DNA of 64,000 nucleotides from Mytilus californianus. Lineage: Eukaryota. Under the pieces are notes generated by a model. It had not been told where the DNA came from and did not search any database. It was given only the letters and a program-made list of their open reading frames with translations. Where the stretch lies: contig NW_026262604.1 of the NCBI RefSeq assembly GCF_021869535.1, positions 56,482,001 to 56,546,000 on the forward strand. The letters run 5' to 3'. Shown piece after piece: positions 53,568-63,783 of the stretch. Positions within the stretch are counted from its first letter, which is position 1. Every line of letters begins with the position of its first letter. The translations under genes and the position numbers were made by a program.

Positions 53568-53807
53568 GGGACGACATCAAAAGTTCAATGTAGGATAAAA
53601 AACTTAATTCACATAGTTTTTTTCACTGACCCCCCCCCCCCCCCCTCTTAAATTAATTTGGGAAAAAATGATTGACCAATATGGATATATGTAAAATCGA
53701 TTTTGGATAAACAAAACTTGCAGCAATTTTAACCCCCCCCCCCCCCCCCCCCCCCAAACTATTTGATTTAATTTTTTTATCCTACATTGATCTTCTGATG
53801 TCGTCCC
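53568..53807. mobile_element. Same MITE, copy 2, in inverted orientation
   Basis: TAA flanks; internal sequence is the reverse complement of copy 1 (poly-C runs). Confidence 0.8.
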
Positions 53808-53867
53808 TAACAGCTTACCGTATGGATTGCCACAATATATAAAACCCATACCTCATAGTAAGCCTTA

Positions 53868-54250
53868 GGATGTTCGCTACTCTTGTTTATGACTTTTTGC
53901 CAGATATTCGGAATTCTCTGGTTTTATCCATGTAGTGTAATTAAAAAATTACCCGCTTACCTCTTCTTTTCTTTTAATAATTTTATTACATATAGTTTAA
54001 AATGCCATATTTAAAAATATATAATCCTTGTTATTTTTTTCAGTTTTTGAAAAAAAAAAGGTGCCAATGTTAAATGAATGAAAAACCTAGAGGGAATCAT
54101 TTCCCGCCAAATTTTCAATGGCTTATATCTCGAAAACAAGCACACGACCCCTTCATTTTTTCTGCTTTTTTATTTGTTTAATTTATATACTTTCAATTTA
54201 TATCAGTCTTTTTAAAAGCCTATTATTTTGAAACAGAGTAGCGAACATCC
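53868..54250. mobile_element. Kolobok-type MITE
   Basis: TIR ggatgttcgctactc / gagtagcgaacatcc; TTAA on the right and CTTA on the left. Confidence 0.65.
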
Positions 54251-54974
54251 TTAAGGGTGTCCGGTAGTAGAAATTGTGAAACAATTCAAAGAGATAACCA
54301 GAGTATTGACTTATACTACAACTACATAATCAACGGTCTAGTTTATACAATACCAATAAACGAAAAAACTATGGCCGAAGTAACCAATGGCAACCACAGA
54401 ATTAGCGACTCCTGGATTGGAACATAAGGTGCCCAGATTAAACATGTCTTTGATTGCTCAACCATTCTCTTTACCTAACACAGTGGTGTAAATGTGAAAC
54501 AACAAAACATTAAAATTCATTTGGAAAGAGCATGACTAACCTGATCGGTACTAATCATACATATTTTTGGTGGTTTGTCCAGATTTCACCAGTAAGTTTA
54601 CATTAGTGTTTAAGATATTTAACGGAGGTACACATATATTTGTCGTTTCCTATAGCTAATTGTAAGCAGTAGAAATGTTATTACCACGTAAGGATTATAA
54701 TTTTTTTCAGAATCCAAGCCAAACAATATTACTCCTACATGCCAAGTAACTTATGGAAAAGCAACAAATATTGATTTCCAACTGTATGGTTTTATGTGGC
54801 CGAGGACCAATCTACAGCACTCGATTTGGATGTAACGTAATTTAAAAAATCGAACTCACTTTCTCGCGCAAATAAAAATAAGCAGTGGCTTTCCATATTA
54901 ATAGTATTTGGTTTTCTAATAAAACGGCAATAAGCAACATATTCTAGATTAAATCATTCCAATGGCAAAAAAAT

Positions 54975-55090
54975 ATCGACGAAAGAGACGATTATTCGTT
55001 CCAATATGTTATTTGTTTTGGTTGGTGATATTCCTTTGGCCCTACTTATGGTGTGTGTATTTTTATCTCGTTCGCTATGCTCATATCGCT
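54975..55090 (+). pseudogene. Penelope-like RT remnant (RDD...GDIPLAPTYGV...VRYA)
   Basis: Frameshifted match to the YDKRDDF.F.IVNFP.L.GDIP..PSYGVYISQL.RYA motif of PLE-type RTs. Confidence 0.55.
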
Positions 55091-57631
55091 TGTTAATTTT
55101 TATATTTAATTTCTATCGTTGTGAACTTCCTTTTCTCTGTAGATACATTCAAGTAGAACTTGTGTTAGATGGGCGGGTTAATATTTGTATTGGTGCATGC
55201 TGCCCAATCTTTAGTTATGTACAGTAAGTAAGTAAGTAGATCATTTATTATAGTGACATGTGTAGCATAAATAATATTACATATTAATAATACAATAGTT
55301 ATTTTAAATTACACCCGGCCCGTTGGAACTATAAGTCACTTTAAACTTAATGTTCATATTTTCAATAAGCAATGTGTATTAACTGTAACAGTTATGTTTC
55401 TTGTCATCAATTATCTCTTTGGTCATGTGTTTATCTGATTCTACAACTTATGGCTTTGATTTTTCTTTTGTTATCTTCTCTTTCTATTATCTAAATTTTA
55501 AATAAAAAAAAACAGTATTTCAGATTAATATGCTAACGATACACGTGGAAAAGATTAGTACATTTGTTTATGGTGCGCATGCTCGCAATATGTAGTTGTT
55601 GTGGTAACGAATTGTTTGCATTTCCCGAAATAAAAAATAAATATGACTCACGTATTTGCTGAGAATTAAAACAGTTGATGCACGATTTTTCCATTTATTC
55701 TTGATTACTAGTACTCCATATAATGTAAATGTAGGTAAATCAAAATTGTCAGAATACTGTGTTTACAATGTAATAATTTGCTTGCGGCAAGCTTAAAAGA
55801 AAATACTACTATAGAGTAAATCTGAACTAACCCATGAACAAAATTTGAAAAAGTAAAGACACACATTAAGGGAAATCAAATGTATGTTTAAGCCGAAACA
55901 AATGACGACAAAAGTCAAACATTTATAATCTTCAGCTTCATTTGACTTAAAAAAACAGGACTGTATAGAGTGAAAAATAAAAAGGCAGGACCGAATAGAG
56001 GGAAAAATAAAAAGGCAGGACAAAATTTTTCATCCTAGCCCCCCCATAAATCAAATGGTAGCTCCCTTTAAACGTTACCTGGAGAGTGTAAGTGAGAGAT
56101 AACAGTCAACACGGTGGACATGCGCACTGTCTAACTATATAAAATCCAAGATATCATATTACAAAATGTAACTATGAAGATTGTCATCGCTGTCCTGGGT
56201 AACATTGTGTACCAGTAATAAAACATGCTGAATTGGAACGGCCAATTTGATCTGATCAGCTCTGAAAAGACTAAACAATAAATCAAAATTATTTTCATCT
56301 TATATTTATAACAAAAATACATGTTGTACCTCATTCATTTTGTTGTTTTATTATTTCTTAATTTCAAAATAATTTGCTACATTTAATTCAAGTTATTGAT
56401 ATTACTAGTAACTATAACTCTTGGTTCAAGATACTTTCATCGAAAGACAATACTCACTTTCTATCAACAAATTAAAAGTATTTTACTTAGCGGAGTCACG
56501 GTCGTCATTTTGGTAAACCGAGAAAAGCAATTGTAAAATAAGTTACGGCGGTTAAGTGCATATATATGTCAATCATATCGGATTGGGGAAGACATTTCAT
56601 CGCACGCCAAGTACGTATTCCGTCCATGGTTTGAATTAAAGAACAAAAACTGAGGATGTCTGTTAAAATGGTTTACATCATGAACAGTATCTGAGAGAAA
56701 TCAATGTTAAAACAATCACCGTTTTAACAAAACTACAAAAATCCATTTTAATGACAAACACAATGTACATGTACACAAACATAGATTTTTTTTCTTTATA
56801 TCAATGACAGAGTATATTTCTCTTGTCAATAAGGTTCTATATTAATTAAATATTCCAAATGTTCTTAAATTTGTTTTGCAGTGGCTTACATACATTCACA
56901 CTGTTGATAAAAAGTAGAATATGTAAATACATCTAATATTTCTGTTCTTGAAAGATTATATATATATACCGCTTTTTATGACATGGAAAGTATTTATATG
57001 GTAATTTATCCGTGTAATTGGTATAAGTGAGGACTGGCCTGGACTTACATGACTTCATTTACGTTGTGTTATGAGCTACAAAGGTTCAACGTCCAATGAA
57101 CTTGCTCTGTGTTCTATTTAGGAAATTTATATAAAAACAACCCCCAGACAACACCCAATTTGGCAAACTTAATTCGTATACTTGGCCTAGTCGTTGTTAT
57201 AGATTCATCTAATAAATGTATTTATTATTGATTCTCCGATTATTTTAATATTTGCAGTGATTGTTTTATTGATTGCCCAAGTGCGAGCGGAAACCCGTGA
57301 TGAAAGAATGTAAACAAACGTGCACTGGAAGGTAAATAGTAAAAACGGATTCTTAAAGAACAAATTTATTACAACAAATCATTTAACAACTGTTAAGGAA
57401 ATGTTTAATTAACAAATGGGAAAGCATGGAAATAACAAAAAACAATATTCAAGGCTCTATCAATTTACTTATATGTCAGATGCTACACGTGCTATTTGTT
57501 GATTGTTTATCAATGTTAGTAATCTTCGGCAACAAACTCGAAAGTTAATTAGCTTGCGATCAATAATCACTTAATGAAATATTATGTGTCGATAATACGT
57601 AATACATCTGTAATAAATACCAAGTCTAGGT

Positions 57632-57721
57632 TAGTCTATAAAAAGGTATATACTATGAAATTTAGAGCGAGGGGCTTGCCCCGAGCTCTTAATTTCATAG
57701 TATATACCTTTTCATAGACTA
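57632..57721. repeat. Long foldback palindrome
   Basis: Arms tagtctat.aaaaggtatatactatgaaatt.agagc / gctcttaatttcatagtatataccttttcatagacta; loop gaggggcttgccccga. Confidence 0.9.
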
Positions 57722-58574
57722 TCCAATTTAGCACATATTTACAACTCGAGTAATCTTTTAATTGGTCTATTGATAGTTTATTTTGGCTGACTACTTATAT
57801 CACAGGTGTTTGTAAAACGGAGCTCATTAACGAAGTTTTGTAAATCTACTCACTAGTATCATTGTAAAATATGTTATTCCAAAAGGCCCTTGACTCCAGA
57901 ATGAAAAGATGGTAGCTGCTGGTGTAAGTATGTATATTGATATAAAGCGGTGTTTTACTATACATGTTCTTCTTACATGGTAAGATGACCAAATAAATTG
58001 ACCAAAAGCAGGCAATAATTAAATTGCAGTGGAAGCTTTACATGTTTTGAAAACATTTTTTAATTTCACAGTAAAACTAAAGCTATAATAAATTTGAAAC
58101 ATATAGATAGTTTGTCCCCATAGATATAGTCTAGCAGATAGGCATTAAAAAGCAACTACCAATAGATCACAGATTATAGGTTTTGTGTTTTTTTTTTTTT
58201 TTATTATTTCAAAGTAAAAACTAAAAGATTTATCAGAATATGTTTATATATATATATATATATATATAATTGGCACATTATCTTCAGACATAATCACAGT
58301 TTTTCAATTCATGACATCGTCCTGAAATGCATGAAATATTTGCCACTGGAAATTAAGCAACCGATAATCAATAAATCAATCAATTCATGACGAAATAAAT
58401 CACCTTCCTTAAGAAAGTTTAAAAAATTATCACCAAGTTGCTTTAATTTCCCCTTCACAAGGTTTCATAGTATTCACTTTTTGTGTACAAAGTAATTGCA
58501 TGGATGATACATTATCATAATTTTAAGATATCGTTGTACTCTAATCAAGGTATAAAGAACCATATGTATTACCC

Positions 58575-58677
58575 TTTATGTTCTTATTCAATACTTCAAA
58601 CGAACATAAAGCATTTACAAAGTAAAAACTCAACACAGTTTTTGGTTATCAGCTCGCCCCGACAGCACAGAAAGCTT
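58575..58677 (-). repeat. Split direct repeat B2 (103 bp)
   Basis: Identical to 59113-59215. Confidence 0.95.
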
Positions 58678-58885
58678 ATTTTTATTATAAACAATAAACA
58701 AATGTCCAATTTGCTGTCATCGACCGCTGCCATCACATATAAACACAATCTACAATAGAAAAATGTTCTATAAGTTGAAGAAAAAATCATTTCGATTTAC
58801 ATACATGTATTTTATCAACTATTTTCTACATAACATACTGATTCACATTCCTATGAAGTCTTAATAAAAGGGGTGGGTGGGTGGG

Positions 58886-59215
58886 AAAACGAACCTTTCT
58901 GTCGGATAGGCGAACCTCGAATGACAATTCTAGATATCTTATTATAATTTTAGCGCTAAAATTCTAGCATGAAGTTATCATGATTGATATAACTTAAACC
59001 GGTAATAACTTACTGATGGTCCAATCAAATTAAACATAAACATGTTTTGATTTAAACACACGTGTTAAAAGTAAACAAATACACGTGTTCCCGAGTAACC
59101 TTTATAAATACATTTATGTTCTTATTCAATACTTCAAACGAACATAAAGCATTTACAAAGTAAAAACTCAACACAGTTTTTGGTTATCAGCTCGCCCCGA
59201 CAGCACAGAAAGCTT
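58886..59215 (-). repeat. Internal B1-A2 junction (circle-junction template)
   Basis: B1 (59113-59215) and A2 (58886-59117) overlap by the 5-nt core TTTAT. Confidence 0.93.
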
Positions 59216-59266
59216 CGATTGATAAAGAAAGGGACATAAAGAAAAAGGGGGGACAAACAATATAAA

Positions 59267-60282
59267 TTACAATCCTAAATTCTTAGATACTGACAATCTG
59301 TTGAGTATACTCTCTTTAACATAACCATCTTTGGCTTTATCACTTTTCCATCTCCCGTGTTTCTTAAACAACCGGTCATCTATTCCAGCTTCTGCCGCGG
59401 CAGTAGCTCCTCCTGACCTCAAACTATGTAAGCCAAACTGTTTTTTATCAAGACCTAAACTGTCAAGTGCAGATAACAATAACTCTCTGGCTCTGGTGTA
59501 AGAAATATGACTACTCTTTCTAAGTTTGTATATATTCAAAGATTTACAATAACAAATAGATCTAAAAATAAAATCATTCGATTCTTCAGGAATGTTAGCT
59601 AACTTTAGATAACGCTGAAGTACATCTACCGGGCATGTAATATTCCCTGTTTTTGAAATGACAACATCTTTCCCTTCCCTATATATATCAGTTTTACTCT
59701 TGACTAAATGAAGTGTAAGGTAAGTAGGGGAAAACTGTATATCAGACCTTCTCAAGTTAGCTAACTCGGAGAATCTTAAAAAGCCAGCATAGGCTAATAA
59801 ACACATACATGCTATTCTTACATCTTTTAAATTACAAGTATTATTAGCATATTTACATACAATATTTTTCAAAATATGCGGTGTGATAGGTTCTTTTTTG
59901 ACAACTGAATGACCTATTTTTCTATGAGCCCCTTCAAGAACAGATGCAACTAGATTATTTTCACTGGGATCAGCAACGCCAGCTAATTTATGTGCCCATT
60001 TTATGGCGTAAAAAGCATCATTTAATTTTGAAACCGATTTTGCAGTTTCAGACAAATGAATTAAATATAAAGAAATATGTAAATGAGATGCTGGCAATGG
60101 TGAAAAAGAATATTGACTAGTCCACTTACACCATGAATTGAAGGCATATCTATATTTCTTCTGAGTACTCGCAGCCTTGGACGAAAGAAGGAATTCTGGT
60201 AACTGTTTGAACAAACTGCTGAGATCATTATTAGAGGCAACTTGTGAATTAAAGTCTGACCAATGTCCTACTGAAAAAATAT
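59267..60282 (-). CDS. Tyrosine recombinase (YR) ORF, probably a spliced 3' exon
   Basis: Catalytic residues present: GFLRFSEL (R), KSKTD (K), HSLRSGG (HxxR), HGRW, DGY (Y). The track start at 60214 is TTG, not ATG. The frame is open up to a stop at 60311-60313, with splice acceptors at 60283/60282 and 60271/60270. Confidence 0.93.
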
Positions 60283-60400
60283 CTGAAAAACGTAAAATTG
60301 CAATAACATTTTATATACATATACAGAGGACGAATTATTAGCATATTTCAGATTTCTATACACAGTAAAATATAATATATATTCAAATATTTCAACGCCA

Positions 60401-60697
60401 GCTACAATATCTTTATAGATACTAGGGCCGTAAACTGTAAAACAAATTACCATGCCTGCTAAAATATCATTATAGATACTAGGGCCATGTCAAATAAAAA
60501 ACCAAGCCTGCTACAATATCATTACCGATACTAGGGCCATGTCAACATAAACACCCATGCCTGCTACAATATACATATACTAGGGCCATGTCACAAACAG
60601 ACCATGACTGCTACAATATATCTATATATATATTAGGGCCATGTCACAAACAGACCATGCCTGCTAAAATATATCTATATATATTAGGGCCATGTCT
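60401..60697. repeat. Degenerate minisatellite inside the retrotransposon (6 copies, about 47-57 bp)
   Basis: Unit gctacaatat...atactagggccatgtc...accatgcct repeated between the RT stop and the YR acceptor. Confidence 0.9.
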
Positions 60698-63131
60698 AAG
60701 ATGCATCTAGCAAAACAGCCAAAACTGGCGAACCAAACGGTTCAATTCCGAATATCGTATTCTTATTCGAACCTTGCTTATAAATACCATCAGTATTTTT
60801 AAACACAATAACATCTTTTACGTAATCTTGATAAATCAGATGTTTATCGAATATCAAAGGCCAGAATGCAGCAGAAATCCACTTAGGCACAACTAACGTG
60901 CCTCGAGCTTTACAAGCTATAGTGTGTTTAATCGATCGTATCACAAGATTAATTGGTGGAACTAGCCAATTATTTTCATTGGTCCAAACTTGAGAAAATG
61001 CATCAACTGCTTCAGAATCAGGTTGCCAAAATAAGGAGTTAAATCTCATAACTTTTCTATTTTCGACACTTGCAAACCTGTCAATCGAATAAGGACCCCA
61101 CATATCATTTAAAAAATTGAAAAATATATGTGTGACTCCCCAGTCCTCGAAATCAACCATTTTGCTGATATAATCAGCCTTTTCATTTTCTTTTCTGGGA
61201 ATCCATTGAATGTCAATTGATATTCCTTTTTGAATGCAAAATGAAAAAATAGATTTTGCTATAACATGAAGATTTTCTTTCATACTTCCCGAATTAACAA
61301 TTTTGACACAATTTTGATTGTCAGTAAACCACTTTATAGTTTTTCCTGTGAAACTATTCTTAAAAGAAAAAAGGGCCAACTCTATAGCTTTCAGCTCTCT
61401 CCATGTGGAGCTTTGTACCGTTTCACTACATGTCCACATCTTATGGAAAATCTTATTTTCTAATTCAACGGTGTATGCACCAGCGGCAATATTACTAGCA
61501 TCTGAGTATATGACAACAGAAGATTTACTGTAATGACATAAATTACGATAGTTAATCATGGTGACATTTTCTAACCAGAACTTTAACTCTGATAAAACCT
61601 CGACGGGTTTGTACCCTGTAATGGGAATATCCCACCCAATTCTACTTTCAATTTCCATGTAACAGAACTTTGACATAATTCTAGCCACATTTCCGATTAC
61701 GGGAGTCATAGAAATAATTCTACCTACAACCTGAGCTAAAGATCTAGCTGTAACATAGGGTAATTTAGCCAAAATTACATTCAATGAGAAAATCAAATCG
61801 TCAACTCGACGTTGAGTAATAGATAATTTGTATTCTTTCGAGTTCCAAACTATTCCCAACCATTCTAACTCGGTAACAGGTTTAAAAACAGACTTCTCCT
61901 CGTTAATAAGGAAACCAGCATCAATCAAAGACCTTTTTACGAAGGACGATTGCTCATTACATGTATTTTCATCTGGACTCATGCCAAATCCATCATCTAA
62001 ATACAAAACAACTTTTATACCGTTTCCACGCCAAAATTTTACTAGTGGCCTCAAACATTTAGTAAAAATGTACGGACCGGTAGTAATTCCGAAAGCTAAA
62101 ACAGTATAGCAATAAAATTGACCTTCCCACTGAAAACCTAAGAAAATCTGTTGCTGTGAGCATATGTCTAAGTGAAAATAACCAGATTTTAAATCAAACT
62201 TAAACAGATACATATCTTTGTCAAAATATTGTATAGCTAACTTCCAATCCTCAAATTTTATTTTTTCGCGCTTTATGTGTTTATTCAATTGACTCATATC
62301 TAAAATAAGTCGTTTCTTACCGGACTTTTGAGTAGCAACACTCAATGGATTTACCACATATGGTTGAAAAGGCACTTTAATTACGCAACCTATTTGAACT
62401 AAATCTTCAATTGACTTTGTGACAAATTCAGTATTCTGCCGTGCTGATCTATTATTTCTGTGGTACATTTTAAAAGGTGTATCTATAAATGGAATAACAT
62501 AACCATTTTTTATTGTATCAAGCACAAAAGGACAAGCACCTATATTTTCCCAATACTTTACATGACAAGCTAATCTACCTTTCACCCCTTTAAATTTATC
62601 ATATGACTGACAATTTTCAAAATATTGAACTTGATCTAAAAAAGATTCTATATAATCGTTATCAACAAAACATGTAGAAAATTGGTCATTAATAGTGTCT
62701 AAATACTTATCATTCACAATGACTGGAGAGTGACGTTCAGGCCCTACTTTACTACTTCTGGTAGGTTGTGGAGTTGCTGTTGGATGACCTGAGACTGGCG
62801 AGAAGAGGACAGTTTTTTCTCCAGTGGCCTTGTTGCTTGCAGTAGTGGCACGTGTCGATTGAGCAAGGCTCACGCCTTGCGAAGCTCCCACGAAAGGGCT
62901 GTTGCTGATTACGTTGATAATGCTGAGCGTAAGCAGGGTTACCATAAGATTCCGCAGGTTGTTGACGAGGCGGATTTTTTGGGTAAGGTTGCTGGCGAGA
63001 TTTTGACTTCTCCTTGGAGGTACGGATAGCTCTGGTCTCAGCTTGTCGTATCTTTCTCTCATCTTCAGAATCTGAAGCCACGGCATTGGATTCGTATTCC
63101 CTAACGGTTCCCCAACCAGCAGGGGAAGCAT
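60696..63131 (-). CDS. Reverse transcriptase / RNase H / DAM-like methyltransferase polyprotein (DIRS-type)
   Basis: 811 aa. RT: DLKSGYFHL, LAFGITTGP, YLDDG. RNase H: YSDAS, STWRELKAI, FTDNQN, WIPRKENEKAD. C-terminal MT-like region: IDRFAS...RFNS...DAF...NNWLVPP...GTLVVPKW. Confidence 0.95.
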   Translation of the reverse strand: MLPLLVGEPLGNTNPMPWLQILKMRERYDKLRPELSVPPRRSQNLASNLTQKIRLVNNLRNLMVTLLTLSIINVISNSPFVGASQGVSLAQSTRATTASNKATGEKTVLFSPVSGHPTATPQPTRSSKVGPERHSPVIVNDKYLDTINDQFSTCFVDNDYIESFLDQVQYFENCQSYDKFKGVKGRLACHVKYWENIGACPFVLDTIKNGYVIPFIDTPFKMYHRNNRSARQNTEFVTKSIEDLVQIGCVIKVPFQPYVVNPLSVATQKSGKKRLILDMSQLNKHIKREKIKFEDWKLAIQYFDKDMYLFKFDLKSGYFHLDICSQQQIFLGFQWEGQFYCYTVLAFGITTGPYIFTKCLRPLVKFWRGNGIKVVLYLDDGFGMSPDENTCNEQSSFVKRSLIDAGFLINEEKSVFKPVTELEWLGIVWNSKEYKLSITQRRVDDLIFSLNVILAKLPYVTARSLAQVVGRIISMTPVIGNVARIMSKFCYMEIESRIGWDIPITGYKPVEVLSELKFWLENVTMINYRNLCHYSKSSVVIYSDASNIAAGAYTVELENKIFHKMWTCSETVQSSTWRELKAIELALFSFKNSFTGKTIKWFTDNQNCVKIVNSGSMKENLHVIAKSIFSFCIQKGISIDIQWIPRKENEKADYISKMVDFEDWGVTHIFFNFLNDMWGPYSIDRFASVENRKVMRFNSLFWQPDSEAVDAFSQVWTNENNWLVPPINLVIRSIKHTIACKARGTLVVPKWISAAFWPLIFDKHLIYQDYVKDVIVFKNTDGIYKQGSNKNTIFGIEPFGSPVLAVLLDAS

Positions 63132-63528
63132 CAGCTATGCGTATTTTCTTATTACGGCTTTTGATCTTATCAGTTATGTCAAGAACTAATCTATAGGCTT
63201 GAGTATTGGAGTTAGGGATGAATTTTGAAAGTTTATTAACAGTGTCTAATAATTCCTCGTTAAAGGTGTACTGAATTCTGTTTCCTTCCCCCTTAAATTT
63301 TAGAGTGACGTCCTCCTTAATTTTTCTCTTAAGGCAATCTTGTTCTTGTATGAGTTCAGATTTCAACTCACCTAACTTGCTGTCTAAAATTGTCTTAAAA
63401 AGCTCTACAGTATCTACCAAATCAGACGACTTATCAGCTGCTTTATGAATATTAGGTGGCGGTAAACTATTGTCTCCTTCGAGTAGTATGTCTTCATTCA
63501 ATTCCAGACGTGGAGAAGATTCGGACAT
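62752..63528 (-). CDS. Gag-like protein with CCHC zinc knuckle
   Basis: 258-aa ATG-initiated ORF; CHYCKQQGHWRKNC fits CX2CX4HX4C. Overlaps the RT ORF by 380 nt in another frame. Confidence 0.92.
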   Translation of the reverse strand: MSESSPRLELNEDILLEGDNSLPPPNIHKAADKSSDLVDTVELFKTILDSKLGELKSELIQEQDCLKRKIKEDVTLKFKGEGNRIQYTFNEELLDTVNKLSKFIPNSNTQAYRLVLDITDKIKSRNKKIRIADASPAGWGTVREYESNAVASDSEDERKIRQAETRAIRTSKEKSKSRQQPYPKNPPRQQPAESYGNPAYAQHYQRNQQQPFRGSFARREPCSIDTCHYCKQQGHWRKNCPLLASLRSSNSNSTTYQK

Positions 63529-63551
63529 TTTACCAAGTGGCGATTTAAGAA

Positions 63552-63783
63552 AAAACGAACCTTTCTGTCGGATAGGCGAACCTCGAATGTCAATTCTAGA
63601 TATCTTATTATAATTTTAGCGCTAAAATTCTAGCATGAAGTTATCATGATTGATATAACTTAAACCGGTAATAACTTACTGATGGTCCAATCAAATTAAA
63701 CATAAACATGTTTTGATTTAAACACACGTGTTAAAAGTAAACAAATACACGTGTTCCCGAGTAACCTTTATAAATACATTTAT
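63552..63783 (-). repeat. Split direct repeat A1 (232 bp)
   Basis: Matches 58886-59117 with one substitution (atgtcaa vs atgacaa). Confidence 0.95.

Larger units (their letters stand above)
58575..63783 (-). mobile_element. Full-length tyrosine-recombinase retrotransposon (DIRS order, PAT-like, split direct repeats)
   Basis: Minus-strand order: A1 (63783-63552), gag, RT/RH/MT, YR, B1 (59215-59113), A2 (59117-58886), 208-bp spacer, B2 (58677-58575). A copies differ at 1 of 232 nt; B copies are identical over 103 nt. All three ORFs are uninterrupted. Confidence 0.95.

Noticed and set aside
57258-57331. AG/GT-bounded segment that looks like a Cys-containing exon
   Set aside because: All three frames contain a stop codon and no partner exons were found. 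At best it is a UTR exon or pseudo-exon.
59267-60214. YR ORF as a bacterial or phage XerC/D integrase (contamination or horizontal transfer)
   Set aside because: It is embedded with gag and RT/RH between split direct repeats, which is the standard DIRS-order architecture.
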